Shown one piece after another: positions 56,692 through 64,000 of a stretch of 64,000 nt of DNA. A program made the position numbers and the translations under genes. The DNA is taken from positions 102,166 to 166,165 of the forward strand of contig JACKFJ010000003.1 of assembly GCA_020632535.1 (NCBI GenBank), given 5' to 3'. This stretch comes from Candidatus Omnitrophota bacterium (GTDB lineage: Bacteria > Omnitrophota > Gorgyraeia > Zapsychrales > JANLHA01). Within the stretch, counting starts at the first letter, position 1; every line of letters begins with the position of its first letter. The notes below the pieces were generated by a model. It did not search any database and had not been told where the DNA came from. It saw only the letters and a program-made list of their open reading frames with translations.

Positions 56692-58428
56692 TTAAGTTGA
56701 ACCTGTTGGTTTTTCTAGTTTTGTCGTTGGCGCTTCAATAATCATATGATAAGCGCTTTTCCCAGCCGGCACCATCGGAAACACATTGTCCTCCTTAATC
56801 ACTTCCGCGTGAATCAATGCTGGTCCAGGATATTTCATCGCGTCCGTTAACACCTTTGTCACATTTTCAGTTTTATCAACATGAAATCCTTTGATGCCAT
56901 ACGCTTCGGCAAGCTTCACAAAATCTGGATTCCCTTCAAGATCAACACCTGAATAACGATTGTCAAAAAAGAGTTCCTGCCATTGTCGCACCATACCCAA
57001 ATATTTATTGTCAATCACTAAAATCTTAACAGGGAGCTTGTGCACAAAGATTGTGGATAATTCAGAGCATGTCATTTGAAATCCACCGTCGCCAACAATT
57101 GCGACAACAAGTTCCTTTGGCTTACCAAACTGAGCGCCAATTGCTGACGGGAAACCATAACCCATTGTTCCGGCACCGCCAGAAGAAAGCCATTTATCAC
57201 CATCATTTGTTAAATAAAACTGAGCCGCCCACATTTGATGTTGACCCACATCAGTCGTCACAATCGCATTGCCCTTGGTCACTTCATAAAGTTCATGAAG
57301 AACTTGCTGAGCGGTGAGACCTTTATCAGTTTTATATTTAAGCGGAAATTCCTTTTTGTAATAGGCTAACTCTTTTTGCCATTCCGCGGTGTCTAAAGCT
57401 TCCACATGCTTGACTAATTCGGCCACAATCTCGCTCGCATCCCCAACCAGACTCATGTCAGGCTTCACAATTTTGTTAATTTCTGCCGGATCAATATCGA
57501 TATGAAGTTTCTTGGCACCCATACAAAATTCATCATTGTTTCCATTGATACGATCATCCCAACGAGAACCAATGGAACAAATCAAATCGCAATTGACCAA
57601 TGCCTTATTTGCGTACGCCGTGCCGTGCATACCGAGCATACCCAACGACAATTTATGCGTTTCTGGAAAAGCGCCTTTACCCAAAAGCGTATTGGTCACC
57701 GGGGCATTTAACTTTTCAGCTAAAGCACGCACGGCTTGACTGGCATGAGAAATGACAGCACCATGACCGATCAACAAGAGTGGCTTTTTTGACCCTTTAA
57801 AAAGCTTTGCAAATTTTTTGATTTCAGCCGTACTCGGTCTTGCGGGAACTTTATAACCGGGAATATCCATCGCCGGATCTAAGCTATCACCAGTAAAAGG
57901 CGCAGACGTCACATCTTTAGGCAAATCAATTAACACAGGACCTGGACGACCAGTATTTGTAATATAAAAAGCTTCTTTAATAACACGAGGAATATCGTTG
58001 GTTTCTTTAACAAGATAACTGTGTTTGACAATTGGCATCGTGATACCGGCAATATCCGCTTCCTGAAACGCATCCTTGCCGAGCATCGAACGGATCGTCT
58101 GACCGGTTAAAACAATCATCGGCACCGAATCCATCATCGCAGTCAAAATTCCAGTCACAGTGTTTGTCGCACCGGGACCACTGGTCACAAGCACCACACC
58201 CGGTTTGCCTGTCGCGCGGGCATAACCATCAGCCATGTGCGTTGCGCCTTGTTCATGGCGAGTCAAAATAAGCTTTATTTTGGAACCAACCAAAGCATCA
58301 AAAATAGGAATTGCGGCTCCACCCGACAAGCCAAAAACATATTCAACGCCAAATGTTTCAAGGCACTTGATTAAGGCCTCGGCACCAGTCAGTGATTTCG
58401 ATTGTTTGGATTTATTTTTCATTTGCAA
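56692..58428 (-). CDS. ilvB: acetolactate synthase large subunit
   Basis: 578 aa from TTG 58428 (the ATG at 58422 is an equally plausible start). Contains GYARATGKPGVVLVTSGPGATN and the TPP motif GDGGFQM. Confidence 0.93.
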   Translation of the reverse strand: MQMKNKSKQSKSLTGAEALIKCLETFGVEYVFGLSGGAAIPIFDALVGSKIKLILTRHEQGATHMADGYARATGKPGVVLVTSGPGATNTVTGILTAMMDSVPMIVLTGQTIRSMLGKDAFQEADIAGITMPIVKHSYLVKETNDIPRVIKEAFYITNTGRPGPVLIDLPKDVTSAPFTGDSLDPAMDIPGYKVPARPSTAEIKKFAKLFKGSKKPLLLIGHGAVISHASQAVRALAEKLNAPVTNTLLGKGAFPETHKLSLGMLGMHGTAYANKALVNCDLICSIGSRWDDRINGNNDEFCMGAKKLHIDIDPAEINKIVKPDMSLVGDASEIVAELVKHVEALDTAEWQKELAYYKKEFPLKYKTDKGLTAQQVLHELYEVTKGNAIVTTDVGQHQMWAAQFYLTNDGDKWLSSGGAGTMGYGFPSAIGAQFGKPKELVVAIVGDGGFQMTCSELSTIFVHKLPVKILVIDNKYLGMVRQWQELFFDNRYSGVDLEGNPDFVKLAEAYGIKGFHVDKTENVTKVLTDAMKYPGPALIHAEVIKEDNVFPMVPAGKSAYHMIIEAPTTKLEKPTGST

Positions 58429-58494
58429 CCATTAAGAAATACAATTGTTATAGATAATTATGAGTTTTAATAATAACTAAAGTCCATTTAAAAT

Positions 58495-58578
58495 GCAAGC
58501 GATTTCGCTGCTTCGCTCTAGCTCGCAGCATTTCCTCGTCCGCCTGTTTTGCTTGCGCAAAAGAATGCGGACTCGGTC
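58495..58578. repeat. GC-rich nested-palindrome element, copy C (divergent relative of copies A and B)
   Basis: Sequence: GCAAGCGATTTCGCTGCTTCGCTCTAGCTCGCAGCATTTCCTCGTCCGCCTGTTTTGCTTGCGCAAAAGAATGCGGACTCGG. Internal stems are GCAAGC/GCTTGC, GCTGC/GCAGC and CGTCCGC/GCGGACT. It shares CTCTAG, CTCGTCC and GGACTCG strings with copy B. Confidence 0.45.
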
Positions 58579-58645
58579 ATAAAGTACTTGAATAATAGAA
58601 CGAATTCATTTAAGCTCTTGAAAACTAACAAGAGGCATACTTAAC

Positions 58646-59959
58646 ATGATCACAGAAAAAGAAATTCTTTCCGCCTTAAAAAACATTATCGATCCCGACT
58701 TCAACCGCGATATTGTCAGTTTAGGATTTGTACAAAATGTTAAAATTGCAGACGGCAATGTATCTTTTGATATTGCTGTCACGACGGTTGCTTGTCCAGT
58801 CAAGGATGAATTTCAAAGCAAAGCCGAGAATCTTATCAAAAATCTGCCTGGGGTTAAAAATGTAGCCATCACGATGACAACTTTGCCGCGCAAAGCGACA
58901 GCGGCTCTGCAAAACCCTAATTCAACTTTAAAAAATGTAAAATCAATTATTGCGGTTTCTTCATGCAAAGGCGGCGTTGGCAAATCGACGATCGCCGCGT
59001 ATCTCGCGCTCGAACTTGCCCGACGAGGATTTAAGGTTGGGCTCGTTGATACCGATATTCATGGTCCATCCGTACCCGCATTGTTTGATCTTAATAATGT
59101 GGAAATATATGTCAGCGAAAAAAAGCAATTTATTCCCATTGAGCAACACAATCTCAAAATCATGTCATTTGGTTTTCTCCTCGGCGAATCCCCAGCCGTT
59201 ATGCGCGGACCTATGGTCACACAATATGTACAGCAAATTTTGCATGCCACTCAGTGGGGAGAACTGGATTATCTTTTTATCGACATGCCCCCGGGAACTG
59301 GCGATGTTCAATTGACGATTACTCAAAATGTCGCGCTCAGCGGAGCTGTTATTGTGACTACTCGTCAAACATTATCATTGGTTGACGTTGCGCGTGGAAT
59401 CCTGATGTTCGAAAAAGTCAATGTCCCCATTCTTGGAATTATCGAAAACATGTCTTACTTTATTTGCAATAATTGCGATAAAAAACATTATATTTTTGGG
59501 GGAAGTGAAGAGCAGTCTTTAAAAGATCGCTTTGGCTTAGACATTCTCGCCGAAGTCCCGCTGTTGCCGCAATTTACCGCCAAAATTCACGAATCCATTG
59601 CCAATGAATTTATTATGACTGCCGTTGATAACACCATGCGCTCTTTAGGTAAAAGTAGTATTCTACAAAAACAACTCCCCGAGATCCATTTTGACGCGAC
59701 ACATACTTTTCTAAAATGGCCTGATGGCGAAGAAGCTAAAGTCAGTAATCACGATTTACGCCTTAGTTGCCGTTGTGCCATATGCGTTAATGAAATAAGC
59801 GGGGAAGTACTGCTAAAAGAAGAAAATATTAAAGCAGATATCGCGCCAACCGCAACAATGCCGCTCGGCAACTACGCGATTGGCATTAACTGGAACGATG
59901 GGCATACATCGGGAATTTATCCATATCAAACCATTCGCAAACTAAGTACCAAAAAATAA
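58646..59959 (+). CDS. mrp: Mrp/ApbC/NBP35-family Fe-S carrier ATPase with an N-terminal DUF59/MIP18-like domain and a C-terminal DUF971-like domain
   Basis: 437 aa. The N-terminus ILSALKNIIDPDFNRDIVSLGFV is followed by the deviant Walker A CKGGVGKST. The tail has HDLRLSCRCAICVNEISGE...GNYAIGINWNDGHTSGIYPY. Confidence 0.9.
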   Translation: MITEKEILSALKNIIDPDFNRDIVSLGFVQNVKIADGNVSFDIAVTTVACPVKDEFQSKAENLIKNLPGVKNVAITMTTLPRKATAALQNPNSTLKNVKSIIAVSSCKGGVGKSTIAAYLALELARRGFKVGLVDTDIHGPSVPALFDLNNVEIYVSEKKQFIPIEQHNLKIMSFGFLLGESPAVMRGPMVTQYVQQILHATQWGELDYLFIDMPPGTGDVQLTITQNVALSGAVIVTTRQTLSLVDVARGILMFEKVNVPILGIIENMSYFICNNCDKKHYIFGGSEEQSLKDRFGLDILAEVPLLPQFTAKIHESIANEFIMTAVDNTMRSLGKSSILQKQLPEIHFDATHTFLKWPDGEEAKVSNHDLRLSCRCAICVNEISGEVLLKEENIKADIAPTATMPLGNYAIGINWNDGHTSGIYPYQTIRKLSTKK

Positions 59960-59961
59960 AA

Positions 59962-60065
59962 CCATTGCAAGGAGACCTTTGGCTGACGCGGCAATCTGCT
60001 CTAGATCGCCACGCCCTTCGTGGCTCGTCCTAAAAAGGACTCGCGCTCTTCACGGCTCGCGATGG
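59962..60065. repeat. nested-palindrome intergenic repeat, copy B
   Basis: CCATTGCAAGGAGACCTTTGGCTGACGCGGCAATCTGCTCTAGATCGC...GGCTCGCGATGG. The terminal arms CCATTGC.../...GCGATGG are inverted. It starts 3 nt after the mrp stop. Confidence 0.6.
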
Positions 60066-60071
60066 AATAAT

Positions 60072-60389
60072 TTATTTTGCTGCTTCTAAAACTGCTTTCA
60101 ATTCGCCATTTTCATGCATTTCGGTCACAATGTCACATCCACCAACTAATTGACCATTGACATACAATTGTGGATATGTTGGCCATTCCGAATATTCTTT
60201 AAGTCCTTGACGAATATCTTCATCATCAAAAATATTAAATGAACTAAACGGCAAACCATAACTTTTAAGAATTGCCGCAGTTTTAGCCGAAAATCCACAT
60301 TGCGGCATCTCTGGTGTACCCTTCATAAAAAGAATAATTTTGCTGCTTTTAAGTTGATCTTCAATACGCTTTTGTAATTGTGCGTCCAT
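60072..60389 (-). CDS. grxD: monothiol glutaredoxin (Grx4/GrxD family)
   Basis: 105 aa. The CGFS active site sits in PQCGFS, followed by WPTYPQLYVNG. Confidence 0.92.
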   Translation of the reverse strand: MDAQLQKRIEDQLKSSKIILFMKGTPEMPQCGFSAKTAAILKSYGLPFSSFNIFDDEDIRQGLKEYSEWPTYPQLYVNGQLVGGCDIVTEMHENGELKAVLEAAK

Positions 60390-60400
60390 GTTATCCTCCG

Positions 60401-60667
60401 TTATAAATTGTAGTCATTTTTAACTTCCTGCCACTTTGCAGGCGTAAAAGTTTTTAACCCCAAAGCGTGTACGGAATGAAGAAGTACTTCCTTTAATGGC
60501 TTCATGATCATTTGATGCTGTTTAATCAACATCATTCCTTCGAAAACAGGACTAATCACAATCGCTTCCAAATGCTGACCATCCCGCATCGGGTCAAGAA
60601 CATAAACCGTCGATTGCGGGACGAGAGATGCGATCGTTTTTTGCAATTCGTCAACAGTCATTACCAA
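60401..60667 (-). CDS. bolA: BolA-family protein
   Basis: 88 aa. Contains DGQHLEAIVISPVFEG...KQHQMI...HALGLKTFTPAKW. Confidence 0.8.
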   Translation of the reverse strand: MVMTVDELQKTIASLVPQSTVYVLDPMRDGQHLEAIVISPVFEGMMLIKQHQMIMKPLKEVLLHSVHALGLKTFTPAKWQEVKNDYNL

Positions 60668-60915
60668 GCCTGCTTCATACGTTTCCAGTTATCCTTAAAC
60701 CACGTGATAATATCATCAGATTCATAAAGCGCTTTGCCGTCAATGACAAGGCAAGGAACTTGTGTTTTGCCGCCGATTTCCAATAATTCCTGACGATGTT
60801 TCTCATCGCTTAAAGTATCTTTCATAGGAACTTCAATGTCATTCTTCTTCATATAACCAATGACTTTTTGACAGAAGGGACATGTGGGCATGTAATATAA
60901 AGTTAAATCTTGCAT
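60661..60915 (-). CDS. dithiol glutaredoxin-like protein
   Basis: 84 aa. CPFC active site (YYMPTCPFCQKV) and TQVPCLVIDG. Confidence 0.85.
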   Translation of the reverse strand: MQDLTLYYMPTCPFCQKVIGYMKKNDIEVPMKDTLSDEKHRQELLEIGGKTQVPCLVIDGKALYESDDIITWFKDNWKRMKQAW

Positions 60916-60932
60916 TAGAAAGCCTTTCGAGT

Positions 60933-61883
60933 TTATCGTGCTTGTTTTTCGTTAACTAAACGTTCCGCGAAAACAATCACATCGTTTTCTAATTTCTTAC
61001 CTGAGAATTTATTTATTTCTTGCAAACACGTCGGAGACGTGACATTGACTTCCGTCAAATAATTACCGAGCATATCGATGCCGACAAAATATAATCCCAG
61101 TTCACGCAAACGCGGCCGTAGGGCATCAATCACTTCGCAATCACGCTTGGTGATTTTAGCAGGAAAAGCCCTGCCTCCCGAGAAAAAATTATTACGATGA
61201 TCATCCTCAGAATGTACCCGTAATACCGCGCCTAAGGGATCGCCGTTAAGAAGCAAAATACGCTTATCGCCTTTAGAGGCGGCTGGAATATAGCGCTGTA
61301 AAATAATTTCCGTCGTAAATTTCGCGCTCAATGTTTCCAGAACGACATTGGTATTGGAATCTCCGCTATTGATACGAAAAATCGCACGGCCGCCATGGCC
61401 ATTGGTTGGCTTTGCGACAACAGATTTTTCGTGCTTAATAAAAGTCAATAGTTCACTGCGATTTCGGCTAATCAAAGTCGGAGGGACTAAAGCCGTAAAT
61501 TGTGTCGCCCAAACTTTTTCATTTACCGTACGAATCCCACTGGCTCTATTGATAACTGCAACTGTTGACGGCAAACGATCTAATAACCATGTGTGCATAA
61601 GATATTCATCATCAAAGGGTGGATCAGTACGGACAAACACCACATCAACTTTATCGGCGGGAAGATCAATATTCTTTTTAAGCACAAACGGCTTGGATTT
61701 AACCCGCTGTGGAACAACATGTGTGACATGTAAAACGACTTGCCCGTTTTTTAATGTGATGCCATGTCGAGGCAAGAAATATACATCATGACCACGCGCT
61801 TTGGCACCCAACATGAGCGCGAATGTCGTATCTTTCTCAAAAACGACCGTTTCTAAAGGATCCATCAAAAATACAAATTTCAT
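60933..61883 (-). CDS. gshB: glutathione synthetase (prokaryotic ATP-grasp type)
   Basis: 316 aa. N-terminus MKFVFLMDPLETVVFEKDTTFALMLGAKARGH, with an ATP-grasp C-terminal half. Confidence 0.9.
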   Translation of the reverse strand: MKFVFLMDPLETVVFEKDTTFALMLGAKARGHDVYFLPRHGITLKNGQVVLHVTHVVPQRVKSKPFVLKKNIDLPADKVDVVFVRTDPPFDDEYLMHTWLLDRLPSTVAVINRASGIRTVNEKVWATQFTALVPPTLISRNRSELLTFIKHEKSVVAKPTNGHGGRAIFRINSGDSNTNVVLETLSAKFTTEIILQRYIPAASKGDKRILLLNGDPLGAVLRVHSEDDHRNNFFSGGRAFPAKITKRDCEVIDALRPRLRELGLYFVGIDMLGNYLTEVNVTSPTCLQEINKFSGKKLENDVIVFAERLVNEKQAR

Positions 61884-61916
61884 ACTAAAAAATATTTCCT
61901 TTTAAAGTCGATTGTG

Positions 61917-63209
61917 TCATTTGGCATTAGCCTCTAAATGAATAATTTCGCGCTGCGCCGCAATCCCTGAAATGCGAGCGAGAATACGATAAATATCAAA
62001 CACCGTCAAATTATCGTGAACACAACTCTCGCCATATTTCTTTAAATGTGGACACATCCGCTTAAACTCCGCTCCTTGTGAATTCAAATTGTCGCGTTCA
62101 CCTTTTTGCGCATGTGAGCGGTAAAATCCGCCAACAAAGTTATTATCGATTTGATATAGACAAATTTCGCTGACCTGATTATCGATGCTGTGAATCGTCG
62201 TCACACCTTCCTGAAGAAGATAACGGTCAATGATCTGCGCGCCTTTTCCAACATGCAATTTATTCTTTTCTTTACGATTCAAATCAAGTATATCTTGCGG
62301 ACTTTCGATTGCCATCACACCCATACCGTACGTTCCGGAATCAGATTTGACGACGATATACGGCTTTTCATGAATATTTTCGTTATTATATTTATCTTCG
62401 ATTTTAGCAAACAAGCGTGTCGCGGCATCAAATAATCGCTTACGATCAGCTTCTTGATTCACATCAACATTTTCGACAATATCAAAATACGCGGAAAAAA
62501 GCCACGGATCAAAATCCACAATACGGCTAAATTCTTCAATAAGTTCCTGCGTCAAACGAAAATGATGCGACTTAAGGCGAGAATGCCAACCCGCCTGCAT
62601 CGAAGGGTAAATCGGAATTTTAGAGTTTTTCAAGATTTCAGGGATACCCGTCGTTAAATCATTATTCAAAATGATAAGATCATAGTTTTCAGTGCCAGAT
62701 TCAAATTTACTTAAGAGTTTTTTGAGACAAAATATTTTGACCGATTGGCCGGTCGCGGTTTCCAATTCAGCATAATTCGCATTATCACAAAACTCCGGCT
62801 GTATTGTCAAAAACGTGGCAACTTTCGCGTTGAATCCAGCCTTCGTAATAATGTCATGCAAAATCCGGATATTTTCCAAATACCATGTATTGCGCGTATG
62901 TTCTTCAGCGATTATAAGAATATCTTTACATTGTGGGACACGCTTGAGAATCGCGGCTTTCATCAAACCAATCGCGTCCTCCAAACCATGTTCACAAAGA
63001 TTATTAAACCCAGCAGGGAAAATATTCGTATCAACAACAGAAATTTTAAAACCCGCATCACGGATATCGACAGATGAATAAAGTGGAAGTTCATTGCTGT
63101 CCCGCTCAAGACTGTTTAACCACGCATGAATCGCATCCTGTTTGGCACGAATTCGCTCTAGAATAATCGGATTGACAGTCGCGACGTGTTTTATTGATTC
63201 AATAGCCAT
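61917..63209 (-). CDS. gshA: glutamate-cysteine ligase, non-E. coli type
   Basis: 430 aa. YSSVDIRDAGFKISVVDTNIFPAGFNNL recalls the Thiobacillus-ferrooxidans-type GshA family. It lies directly upstream of gshB. The assignment rests partly on context. Confidence 0.7.
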   Translation of the reverse strand: MAIESIKHVATVNPIILERIRAKQDAIHAWLNSLERDSNELPLYSSVDIRDAGFKISVVDTNIFPAGFNNLCEHGLEDAIGLMKAAILKRVPQCKDILIIAEEHTRNTWYLENIRILHDIITKAGFNAKVATFLTIQPEFCDNANYAELETATGQSVKIFCLKKLLSKFESGTENYDLIILNNDLTTGIPEILKNSKIPIYPSMQAGWHSRLKSHHFRLTQELIEEFSRIVDFDPWLFSAYFDIVENVDVNQEADRKRLFDAATRLFAKIEDKYNNENIHEKPYIVVKSDSGTYGMGVMAIESPQDILDLNRKEKNKLHVGKGAQIIDRYLLQEGVTTIHSIDNQVSEICLYQIDNNFVGGFYRSHAQKGERDNLNSQGAEFKRMCPHLKKYGESCVHDNLTVFDIYRILARISGIAAQREIIHLEANAK

Positions 63210-63296
63210 AATTTTACTTTGTCCATAATTTTTAAAAACTCATTATCTCTTAAATCAATGTAATTGTCGAGCGCTAAGATATGGTACAATACCGCC

Positions 63297-63572
63297 ATGA
63301 AACAAATCATTACCCAATTGTTACAGGAACAATTAAAACCAACCTTACTGACCATTGAGGATGACAGCGCAAAACACGCTGACCATAATCCTGCCGCCGC
63401 ATCAGGTGGAACACATTTTGATGTGACGATTGTCTCAGAAGAATTTTATGGAAAAAGTCGCGTTCAACGCCATCGCATGATTTACAAAATTCTTGACAAT
63501 CAAATCAAGCAACAAATCCACGCCTTGGCAATCACCGCTTTAACGCCACAAGAACATCAAAAATCCGGTTGA
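63297..63572 (+). CDS. BolA/YrbA-family protein (second paralog)
   Basis: The ATG at 63297 (ORF track starts at TTG 63264). Contains DDSAKHADH...GTHFDVTIVSEEFYGKSRVQRHRMIY...IHALAITALTPQE. Confidence 0.8.
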   Translation: MKQIITQLLQEQLKPTLLTIEDDSAKHADHNPAAASGGTHFDVTIVSEEFYGKSRVQRHRMIYKILDNQIKQQIHALAITALTPQEHQKSG

Positions 63573-64000
63573 GCATACCTATCGTCATCCCACGGTTCGG
63601 CAGAATTTGAATAGCCGCGCAACTCCCAGAAGCCCCGCTGATCTTGCGGTAAAAAAATAATATCCTTAATCCACTTTGAGCCTTTCCAAGCATATTTTCT
63701 GGGTGTAATCATACGCAAAGGGCCTCCATGCTCAGTGGGAAGGGGCAAACCCTCCCACTTATGCACCAAGAGAACATCATCATCCATCGCTTCCTCAAGC
63801 CGTAAATTCGTGAAATATTCATCATAACCAGTCATTAAAACAAATTTTGCAGCTGCTTTTAGTTTTGCTTTTTCTACGATCGTAGAAAAGCGAACACCTT
63901 CCCAATGATTATCCATACGGCTCCAACCGGTCACACAATGAAAATCGGAAACATCCTTAACTTGAGGCAGAGCCTGAAATTCTTTCCAATTCATAACAAA
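63557..64000 (-). CDS. molybdopterin-dependent oxidoreductase (sulfite-oxidase/YedY-fold) domain protein; the N-terminus probably lies beyond the window end
   Basis: Contains DFHCVTGWSRMDNHWEGVRF...HGGPLRMITPRKYAWKGSKWIKDI. The frame stays open upstream of Met 63994 to the window edge, so the 5' end is not defined. The 3' end overlaps the bolA-like gene by 16 nt. Confidence 0.75.
   Translation of the reverse strand, partial: FVMNWKEFQALPQVKDVSDFHCVTGWSRMDNHWEGVRFSTIVEKAKLKAAAKFVLMTGYDEYFTNLRLEEAMDDDVLLVHKWEGLPLPTEHGGPLRMITPRKYAWKGSKWIKDIIFLPQDQRGFWELRGYSNSAEPWDDDRYAQPDF

Noticed and set aside
58606-58803. 65-aa minus-strand ORF in or near the ilvB upstream region, considered as a possible ilvBN leader peptide
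   Set aside because: It is antisense to the mrp start. It lies far from ilvB and is not enriched in Val, Ile or Leu codon runs.
58495-60065. CRISPR array or tRNA-like structure formed by the GC-rich repeats
   Set aside because: There are only three dispersed, non-identical copies with no regular spacers. No cloverleaf with anticodon or T-loop consensus is present.

Overview
Dense, moderately AT-rich bacterial chromosomal window. I call about 59 CDS (2 truncated at the window edges). By eye there is no rRNA, tRNA, CRISPR array, transposase or integrase. Most genes are recognisable housekeeping or biosynthetic genes: acnA-leuC-orf-leuD-ilvD, aroC, a Fur-family regulator plus metal ABC importer, FIST-iscA-thiC, bioB, a two-subunit 2-oxoacid:ferredoxin oxidoreductase, trxB, lemA plus an M48 protease, a menaquinone (men) gene set, aqpZ-tpx-sodA, nrdAB, ilvBN, mrp, and a gshA-gshB-grx-bolA-grxD operon. 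The main accessory feature is a 12-kb, ten-gene type IV pilus / type II secretion-like cluster (32.7-44.3 kb). It sits between ubiE-menF-menD and menB-menA-menC-menE. It encodes an ATPase with an MshEN-like tandem motif, a platform protein, a tiny 4-Cys pilin, a PilM::PilN fusion, PilO-like and PilP-like proteins, a secretin, a 708-aa modular pilin with about five beta-sandwich repeats, a small pilin, and a PilX_N-like protein. No prepilin peptidase or retraction ATPase is present in the window. Other points worth a second look: both permeases of the metal ABC importer carry C-terminal DtxR-type wHTH tails; the RNR looks class Ic (Phe at the radical-Tyr position, triple ATP-cone NrdA) with tandem NrdR-like boxes and a degenerate IscU-like ORF downstream; a nested-palindrome intergenic repeat family has 3 copies; a 610-aa orphan protein lies divergent from bioB; and aqpZ-tpx-sodA looks like a self-contained operon. 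All functional calls rest on motif recognition by eye from the translated ORFs. No database search was run.
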